64,000 nt of DNA from Candidatus Thalassarchaeaceae archaeon (GTDB lineage Archaea > Thermoplasmatota > Poseidoniia > Poseidoniales > Thalassarchaeaceae), in NCBI GenBank assembly GCA_030747485.1, contig JASLKP010000005.1:6006-70005 (forward strand). The letters run 5' to 3'. The notes beneath the pieces are model-generated. The model searched no databases. It was not told the DNA's origin and was given only the letters and a program-made list of their open reading frames with translations. A program made the position numbers and the translations under genes. Positions 57,641 to 64,000 of this stretch are shown here, one piece after another (positions within the stretch are counted from its first letter, which is position 1; every line of letters begins with the position of its first letter).

Positions 57641-59152
57641 TTAGGCTTTAATTCCATATAACCGCTCAATTTTTGCTCTGAGATAATCAATGAATGGTTG
57701 CGGAGAGGGAGATGTCCCGGTAGCCTCCTCAATGAGATCAGATGGAGATATGATGCTGCCTCTCGCGTGCACGCGCGAGCGCATCCACTCAAGAAGGGGA
57801 GTGAATTCTCCTCGCGACCACATCTCTTCTAGAGACTCTGTGGATTCAAGATCGTGGCGCGCCGCTAAGAGTAATTGTGCACTGTAGAGGTTTCCAAGCG
57901 TGTATGTTGGGAAGTAACCAAACGCACCCATTGACCAATGGATATCTTGTAATACGCCCTGAGTATGATTTGATGAACGGATACCGAGATACTGTTCGTA
58001 CATGTCATCCCATGCATCTGGTAAATCATCGATGGCCAAATCACCATTGATGAGTTGCTTCTCAATTTCATATCGAATCATAATATGAAGATTGTAAGTG
58101 GCCTCATCTGCCTCTACCCGAATAAGGCTCGGTTCAACCAAGTTAACACTACGCCACAACATCTCTCCAGTTACACCGTTCATATTCTCTGGAAAGTGCT
58201 TGTTCCAATGAGGTAGGGCCCATTCGCTAAATGCAAGAGAGCGCCCAACTTGATTCTCCCAAAGGCGACTTTGTGATTCATGAACCCCTAAACCATCTGC
58301 ATGCCCAGCAGGTTGGAAATCCAAATGCCGTGGACGACCTTGCTCATACAATCCATGCCCAGTTTCATGAAGAGAACCATACAGTGAACCGAAGGGTTCA
58401 GCCTCGTCATATCGAGTTGTCCATCGGACATCATCAGGATTGGCTCCACCACAAAATGGATGTGTTGACTTATCACGACGCCCTGCATCGAAATCAAACC
58501 CAATAGATTCCGAAATACCGTGAGACAATTGTGCCTGATCCTCTTCATTCCAGGTGTGGGAATTAATCCAAGACATGTCAGGAGATTCGCAATTTCCAAC
58601 GGCTGCAATCAATGGAACCAATGCTTCACGAAGCCCTGCGAACAATGGATCCACCTGTGCTACACAAAGACCAGATTCGTAGATGTCAAGTAGCGCATCG
58701 TACGGATTGTCATCGTATCCAAGATACTCTGCAAGTTCACGATTAAGTTCAATCATCTCAGCGAGGTCATCTCGAAAGATAGAGAAATCATTCTTTTCTC
58801 GTGCCTCTGCCCATGAAACAATAGATTTGGATTTGTGGCGTGCAAATCTCTCGACAAAATCAGCCGGTTTCTTGGTGGCCTTGTCGTAGGCATCTCTAAT
58901 CAAACGAAGATTTCCTGCCGCCACTTCATCACCAGCACCTTCGGATTCAGCTGCTGCCAATACATCACCCATACTAGTTTCAACCATCATAGAATGACTG
59001 GTCCTGGATAACCATGCTAACTGTTCTGCACGCAATGGTGCAGCCTTAGGAGGCATCATGACTTCCTGATCCCAGCCGAGGAGGCCCTGAATTTGACCTA
59101 CAGTTTCAATCTCTTTCATCCGCGACATCAGTGCTGCGTATGCATCGCCCAT
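57641..59152 (-). CDS. M32 carboxypeptidase (carboxypeptidase Taq family)
   Basis: HETGHGLYEQG (HEXXH), HESQSRLWEN, DIHWSMGAFGYFPTYTLGN conserved M32 motifs. Confidence 0.85.
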   Translation of the reverse strand: MGDAYAALMSRMKEIETVGQIQGLLGWDQEVMMPPKAAPLRAEQLAWLSRTSHSMMVETSMGDVLAAAESEGAGDEVAAGNLRLIRDAYDKATKKPADFVERFARHKSKSIVSWAEAREKNDFSIFRDDLAEMIELNRELAEYLGYDDNPYDALLDIYESGLCVAQVDPLFAGLREALVPLIAAVGNCESPDMSWINSHTWNEEDQAQLSHGISESIGFDFDAGRRDKSTHPFCGGANPDDVRWTTRYDEAEPFGSLYGSLHETGHGLYEQGRPRHLDFQPAGHADGLGVHESQSRLWENQVGRSLAFSEWALPHWNKHFPENMNGVTGEMLWRSVNLVEPSLIRVEADEATYNLHIMIRYEIEKQLINGDLAIDDLPDAWDDMYEQYLGIRSSNHTQGVLQDIHWSMGAFGYFPTYTLGNLYSAQLLLAARHDLESTESLEEMWSRGEFTPLLEWMRSRVHARGSIISPSDLIEEATGTSPSPQPFIDYLRAKIERLYGIKA

Positions 59153-59222
59153 GGTCTGTCCGAGTCGTCTTCATCCTCAAACCCACCGCTGAACGAATTA
59201 GAGATTTATTGGCATGAGTGCT

Positions 59223-59648
59223 TCAACAGCAACCCGTGGTTCGCATTGGAGCCACAATAAATTCAACGCGATCAATATCTTGTGTGTTTTTCAAGGAATC
59301 AATAATTGTCCGTATCATTCCAGCCTTCCCATTCAGTTGCATCGTATCGACACAAGTGTGACTCTCGGTGAGACAATTGTGGTGATAGGAATTTACAGTG
59401 ATTGAATGCGTGTGTCTCAATTCCATTAATTTGTTCTCCACACCATGCTGATAATAGATGACCAGCGTGCCCTCAATTTTCTCATTCTTGTCCATGGTGT
59501 TCAAGTCACCACGTCGTGTTGCTTCGGCAAAATGAATGGTTGCATCTCGAAGAAACATACTCCGATTTTTGTATCCTGAATCTACAATCATGCGATCTAA
59601 TTCGTCTGCGAATTCTTTGTCGGTACTAAACGAAAATACTCGGCTCAT
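59223..59648 (-). CDS. nikR: NikR-like nickel/metal-responsive regulator (N-terminal ribbon-helix-helix + C-terminal metal-binding ACT-like domain)
   Basis: The N-terminus FSFSTDKEFADELDRMIVDSGYKNRSMFLRDATIHF is RHH-like. The C-terminus HTHSITVNSYHHNCLTESHTC carries a His/Cys cluster like the NikR high-affinity site. Confidence 0.6.
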   Translation of the reverse strand: MSRVFSFSTDKEFADELDRMIVDSGYKNRSMFLRDATIHFAEATRRGDLNTMDKNEKIEGTLVIYYQHGVENKLMELRHTHSITVNSYHHNCLTESHTCVDTMQLNGKAGMIRTIIDSLKNTQDIDRVEFIVAPMRTTGCC

Positions 59649-59710
59649 AATTTGTTCACATAGATGTAATTAATAACATTTTTTAAATATGTAATAAAAA
59701 ACGGCGAGAC
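59649..59710. promoter_or_regulatory. AT-rich divergent promoter region between nikR-like gene and ZIP transporter, with candidate operator repeats
   Basis: Inverted repeat ATGTaattaataACAT (59664..59679), a second tatgtaat copy (59688..59695) and a TATA-like tttttaaatat centred about 25 nt upstream of the ZIP ATG. Confidence 0.4.
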
Positions 59711-60865
59711 ATGGCCACAAATCTAATTGCATTTGCAATAGCGACACTATTCATTGGTCTAGTATGCGGTTTAGCACCAATTTTCACTAAACTAAAAGAC
59801 GATAAAAACAGATTGAAGCAACTGACTGGGATTGCTGCTGGAATTATTATTGCATCAGCAATGTTGGTTGTGATTCCAGAAGGTTATGAATTGGCGATGA
59901 CGGATGGGCATGAGGTGTCAGAACATGAAGAAGAATATGCATTGGCAGGTTCTGTCGCATTGGTCATTCTCGAAGTTGATCATGGAGATATTACCGCTGA
60001 AGAAGGTATCGAGGAAATTGAAGGATTGATTGGAGGCCATGAACATGGCGAAGAGGGACATGAAGAAGATGGCCATGAAGACCATGGGCACGATTCAGAA
60101 GCAAGTTTGTCAGATTCTATTGCAGCCGTAATTGAAAAGGTTGAAGATGGTGACTTCAATGCGACAACCGGAATTGAAGAAATTGAAGATTTGATTTCAT
60201 CTCATGGACACGAAGAAGAGGCTCACGGACACGAAGAAGCATCCCATGATGACCACGTAAGTGGGTTGTTGATGGGTGGTGCAATTATGGCCGGCTTCCT
60301 CCTGATGTTTGTCCTTGAAGGTTCAGGAATTGGTCACGCCGTTCATGAAGAACATCATGATCACGATCATGAACACGGGCACGGACACATACATCACGCA
60401 GCTGCTGGTGGGTTACTGGTGTTTGGACTCACATTGCATGCGGCAACCGATGGAGTTGCCATTGGTGCAGCCGCAGCGACTAGTGATTTTGCCTTGACCA
60501 TGACCGTGTTGCTAGCTGTTTTGATTCACAAAGGTCCTGCGGCATTCAGTTTGGGTGTATTTTCGATGCATGAGAGAGATGAGAGAAAGGATTCGATTCG
60601 AGACGTTGTCATCTTTTCATTGGCAACGCCTGTGATGATTATCATCGCTGGTCTTGCCCTTGCAGAACTTGAAACCCACATGATTGGTCTAGCAATGCTA
60701 TTCTCTGCAGGAACTTTCCTATATGTGGCAACAGTCGATACTCTCCCTGACATCCACAATCCCGAATCAGGAAAGAAAGCGATGACTCAGGTCCTAATTG
60801 GTGTTGCAATTCTTGTTGTTTTACTACTGATTGCAAATACATTGGATCTCGGACATGCGCACTGA
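59711..60865 (+). CDS. ZIP-family (ZupT-like) divalent metal permease with two His/Glu-rich loops
   Basis: HAATDGVAIGAA and HKGPAAFSLG ZIP signature motifs, plus HEHGEEGHEEDGHEDHGHD and HEEHHDHDHEHGHGHIHH metal-binding loops. Confidence 0.75.
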   Translation: MATNLIAFAIATLFIGLVCGLAPIFTKLKDDKNRLKQLTGIAAGIIIASAMLVVIPEGYELAMTDGHEVSEHEEEYALAGSVALVILEVDHGDITAEEGIEEIEGLIGGHEHGEEGHEEDGHEDHGHDSEASLSDSIAAVIEKVEDGDFNATTGIEEIEDLISSHGHEEEAHGHEEASHDDHVSGLLMGGAIMAGFLLMFVLEGSGIGHAVHEEHHDHDHEHGHGHIHHAAAGGLLVFGLTLHAATDGVAIGAAAATSDFALTMTVLLAVLIHKGPAAFSLGVFSMHERDERKDSIRDVVIFSLATPVMIIIAGLALAELETHMIGLAMLFSAGTFLYVATVDTLPDIHNPESGKKAMTQVLIGVAILVVLLLIANTLDLGHAH

Positions 60866-60876
60866 ATGCATAGATT

Positions 60877-61254
60877 CTAGGCGTAAGGAATTGGTGGCCT
60901 CAAGCCTGCTGAATTTCCATTGTCAGGGACTGGCCCGTATTGGTTTGGGTGTTGGTCCCCTTCTTGACAAAACACAATCAGATTGTAAAATGGTACCAAC
61001 TGCCACCAACCCGACAAATCATTATCGTGCATTCGTCGAGCACCTGAACAAATTACTGCGGGCCAAACTGGCAAGTAAAATAGCATACTGAATACGTTGG
61101 CATAGATTTCCACTTCCATATCCGTATCACCAATTAAGAATGCGAGACCAATTGCAAGGCCCTGAGATACTATGCCATAAATTCCTGTGAAAACCCAAAA
61201 CCACCAAAATTCTGACCTTGATGCACGACCTTCGAGTACGAATGATTTACTCAT
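60877..61254 (-). CDS. DUF805-family small membrane protein
   Basis: GRASRSEFWWFWVF ... RRMHDNDLSGWW signature. The start is chosen at MSKSF; the track ORF extends to 61407. Confidence 0.6.
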   Translation of the reverse strand: MSKSFVLEGRASRSEFWWFWVFTGIYGIVSQGLAIGLAFLIGDTDMEVEIYANVFSMLFYLPVWPAVICSGARRMHDNDLSGWWQLVPFYNLIVFCQEGDQHPNQYGPVPDNGNSAGLRPPIPYA

Positions 61255-61457
61255 GCAGGTCCATATGGCTGCACTGAAGGACATTGCTTCGAGGGGACGA
61301 CCCATTCCAACACCAACAGAGGTTGTGGAAAATGGTGACATTACTTCGCCAATAATGACTGTTTGGGGCTGTCCACTCTGGCCACTTTGCATGACATTGC
61401 TAATCAATCACATTACTTCTAATTGATGCAAAACTCACAGGTTATTCGCGGAGAAGA

Positions 61458-63386
61458 TTGATGTGTACCTTGTCACGACCAAAGGTCGTGTCAGAAGAGA
61501 TTCTTGAGGCGGAAGTTATCGATGAGGAATCCGCTGAAGAGAGGCGTGACGTCCGTCACCTCAACTTCGCAATGGGAGCTACTGTAGCCGTTGTGGTTCT
61601 TTTCATGGTACTCGCTGCGACCTTTGGTTCAGGGATTTCAAATTCGATGAGTGGACCCGGTGGGAGTGATCATTGGTTACCTCCTGTCGATGAAAGAGCA
61701 GGTCTACATTACGACAATACCGATGTATTCAGCCGAGTGTCATGGAATGGGACCCACAACATCAGCGAGCCGCTATCAGTTTATGTCCCTGTGACGACGA
61801 TTTCGCTCTCGGACGGAGGGGCTGGTGCCACAGGAAATGCAGAGGTTCATCTGGGACTCTGGTTACCTGAAATTCCTGGATGTGATTTTACTGCTGACAA
61901 TCTCACTGCGGATTGCCAAGTGCCTGTCATCGCAGAAATTGGACCATACTACGATGATGGCGATGTCGATGCTCTCACACCTGCCAATCGACTCGGAAGA
62001 TTCCTCATTGAGAATTTTGTACCCCACGGGTATGGGGTTGCTCAAGTGAGTGTTTTTGGTACAGGTGAATCGAATCATTGCATGGACCTGATGGGCCTAG
62101 ATGAACAAGAAGGGATTCATGCTGCTGTTGAATGGTTGGGTTCACAATCATGGTCAAATGGAAACGTCGGAGTCATCGGGAAATCATACGACGGGAGCAC
62201 TCCATGGGAGGCTGCAGCCATGGGATCAGTACATCTCAAAACGATTATCCCCATGTCTGGTTTGATTGGAGTTCACGACTTGATGTGGCGAAATGGAAGC
62301 ATGGAGGCAAGGGGTGCAATCATGCACAATGGTGTCTATGGTAGTTTTGGACTTGATGGCGATTTAGAGGATTCTGAAAATGCTTGCGAGGGTTACATGG
62401 AGGGATACTATGCAGGCGTGGGTGCATATCTCAGCGGCGATAATCTGGCATGGCTAGGCAGTGACTATTGGGAAGAAAGGACATTTTTAGAACGTGCATT
62501 AACCAATTACAATGGCTCAGTGTACATCATTCATGGAATGCAAGATTGGAATGTAGACCCTCATATGGCCTTCCCAACTCACAATATTCTCATCGAACAT
62601 GGATTTGAAACCAAGGGACTGTATGGACAATGGGGTCATGACTATCCTGATCGATTATCTGGGCATCAAGGCCTATCATCTGGAAGAGGAGCTGAGGCCT
62701 TTCCCTACACTCTGCGTTGGGATTGGGCTGATGATTTGCTAGAATGGTTCGATTATTATCTCAAAGACAAGGGGCCACAACCAGCACTTCATGCTGAAAT
62801 CCAAGACAACATGGGTGGATGGCGGGCTGAAGCGATGTATCCTCCGGCTGATACGGAGTGGATGAACTTCGGGTTGGATGAGTTCGAAGTGCTCTCTGGG
62901 GGGACAAATGTCAATTCAATTTCTCAATTGGTAATTCAATCTCCTCAATTGGAAAATGAAATGAGAATTGTTGGGACCCCCACCTTACATATTGATGCTA
63001 CAACCTCTATTTTAGGAGGGACTTCAGGACATCTGGCTGTTGAAATGGTTCTCGCAAGTAGTGGAATGCACCTTGGACACGCAGTGATGGATCTCAGATT
63101 CCATGCTGGTGGAAAAGATGGAGAGGTGCTTACACCAGGTCAGACAGTCAATGCAAAGATGGAATTTTTCGGAATGGATGTCATTGTCCCAGCTGGAGAT
63201 GCCATTCAACTCATCATTACTCAAACTAATGAGGATTATATTCCCAGTCCAGTGAGTACGACCCCAGTGAGTGTGGATCTCTCTAGTAACAGCATACTGG
63301 GACTCTCTATGGTCAAGAGAACATGTGCAGATTTGTTCCTACCACCAATGCAAGAGCCCTATGCAGCCTGTATTGAAGATTTGTGA
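61458..63386 (+). CDS. S15-family peptidase (X-Pro dipeptidyl-peptidase / CocE-NonD hydrolase) with N-terminal membrane anchor
   Basis: GKSYDGSTPW (GxSYxG nucleophile elbow) and an N-terminal TM (TVAVVVLFMVLAATFG), 642 aa. Confidence 0.7.
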   Translation: MMCTLSRPKVVSEEILEAEVIDEESAEERRDVRHLNFAMGATVAVVVLFMVLAATFGSGISNSMSGPGGSDHWLPPVDERAGLHYDNTDVFSRVSWNGTHNISEPLSVYVPVTTISLSDGGAGATGNAEVHLGLWLPEIPGCDFTADNLTADCQVPVIAEIGPYYDDGDVDALTPANRLGRFLIENFVPHGYGVAQVSVFGTGESNHCMDLMGLDEQEGIHAAVEWLGSQSWSNGNVGVIGKSYDGSTPWEAAAMGSVHLKTIIPMSGLIGVHDLMWRNGSMEARGAIMHNGVYGSFGLDGDLEDSENACEGYMEGYYAGVGAYLSGDNLAWLGSDYWEERTFLERALTNYNGSVYIIHGMQDWNVDPHMAFPTHNILIEHGFETKGLYGQWGHDYPDRLSGHQGLSSGRGAEAFPYTLRWDWADDLLEWFDYYLKDKGPQPALHAEIQDNMGGWRAEAMYPPADTEWMNFGLDEFEVLSGGTNVNSISQLVIQSPQLENEMRIVGTPTLHIDATTSILGGTSGHLAVEMVLASSGMHLGHAVMDLRFHAGGKDGEVLTPGQTVNAKMEFFGMDVIVPAGDAIQLIITQTNEDYIPSPVSTTPVSVDLSSNSILGLSMVKRTCADLFLPPMQEPYAACIEDL

Positions 63387-63482
63387 CATTGTAGCACAGT
63401 GCTACATCGACATATTGAGAACTGAAAGTCTCAGCGAACAATCATGGGCGAGGTCATTGGGGCAGATATACCCGTATTGCAC

Positions 63483-64000
63483 ATGTTGCATACCTGCCCA
63501 TTTTGTTGGAAGATTCGTAGCATTGCTGAGCATCTTGATATCGATTATCAAAAGAAGCAAGTCAACGCAATGAAGACAAAGAAGGAACTTGCATTTACTG
63601 ATGGTTGGGGGAAGGTCCCAGTTTGGACTGAAGTCGATGGGGAGATTGTTGTCGATTCAACACCCATCATGAAACATATCGATGCAACCTACAATCAAGG
63701 AAATCTTTGGGCATCCGATGATGAATTACGAAGAGATCAATGGATGGAATGGGTGGATACTAAACTTTCTAAAGCCACTATTCCCATCCTTTATGGAGGA
63801 TTATTTTCAGCATTACAAACAACGACCCGCGTCTCAAAGTTAGAGAAATTCGGTTTCTTTTCTAAGAGAATCTACGCATGGGCAGGATTCCCCATAATGT
63901 GGGGATTCATTGCGAGAAGTCGTGTCAAGAAAGATGGGCGAAAACCAAAGCAACTGTGGCACGACTTGCTTACAGAATTTACCAATGAATTCGGGGACTC
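63483..64000 (+). CDS. Glutaredoxin-2/GST-N-like protein, 3' truncated by window edge (absent from ORF track)
   Basis: MLHTCPFCWKIR ... thioredoxin-fold CPFC active site. The frame is open through position 64000. An upstream in-frame ATG at 63444 is an alternative start. Confidence 0.55.
   Translation, partial: MLHTCPFCWKIRSIAEHLDIDYQKKQVNAMKTKKELAFTDGWGKVPVWTEVDGEIVVDSTPIMKHIDATYNQGNLWASDDELRRDQWMEWVDTKLSKATIPILYGGLFSALQTTTRVSKLEKFGFFSKRIYAWAGFPIMWGFIARSRVKKDGRKPKQLWHDLLTEFTNEFGD

Overview
The window is a gene-dense chromosomal segment (about 47 protein genes) that most likely comes from an uncultivated marine euryarchaeote, in the style of Marine Group II / Poseidoniales; this placement is an inference from gene content. 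Archaeal hallmarks are clear: DNA polymerase II large subunit DP2, primase large subunit PriL, the S13-S4-S11-RpoD operon, an archaeal-type LeuRS, an MptE-like pterin pyrophosphokinase and an archaeal-type phosphatidylserine decarboxylase. The proteome is very acidic, there are giant surface proteins with thrombospondin-type-3 Ca-binding repeats, and many metabolic genes look bacterial (PckA, class II fumarase, M32 and S15 peptidases, BolA/Grx). I found no tRNA, rRNA, CRISPR array or obvious transposase.

The most unusual feature is a 1.4-kb GC-rich non-coding island at about 55.0-56.4 kb, between fumC and a PQQ-propeller gene. It carries two diverged tandem units of about 330 nt. Each unit has a 13-bp-stem hairpin with an identical 21-nt loop, and the two stems differ by paired compensatory substitutions. 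I read this as a candidate novel structured RNA or selected palindromic element.

Other points worth a second look are listed as findings:
- A membrane-tethered double-wHTH regulator with four BsuPI-like extracellular repeats.
- A wHTH-STAND NTPase divergent from a 1176-aa propeller/TSP3 surface protein.
- A CDIN1/TPD-like PD-(D/E)XK nuclease with a lysine/arginine-rich N-terminal tail.
- An in-frame RHH-domain extension on fumarase.
- A BolA / CGFS-glutaredoxin pair beside thioredoxin.
- A divergent NikR / ZIP transporter pair.
- A 1392-aa polytopic membrane protein of unknown function.
- A lower-GC glycosylation island (GT2, GT4, GT4, flippase).

Start codons are often ambiguous because the ORF track uses GTG/TTG starts, so coordinates give the most plausible start with alternatives noted.
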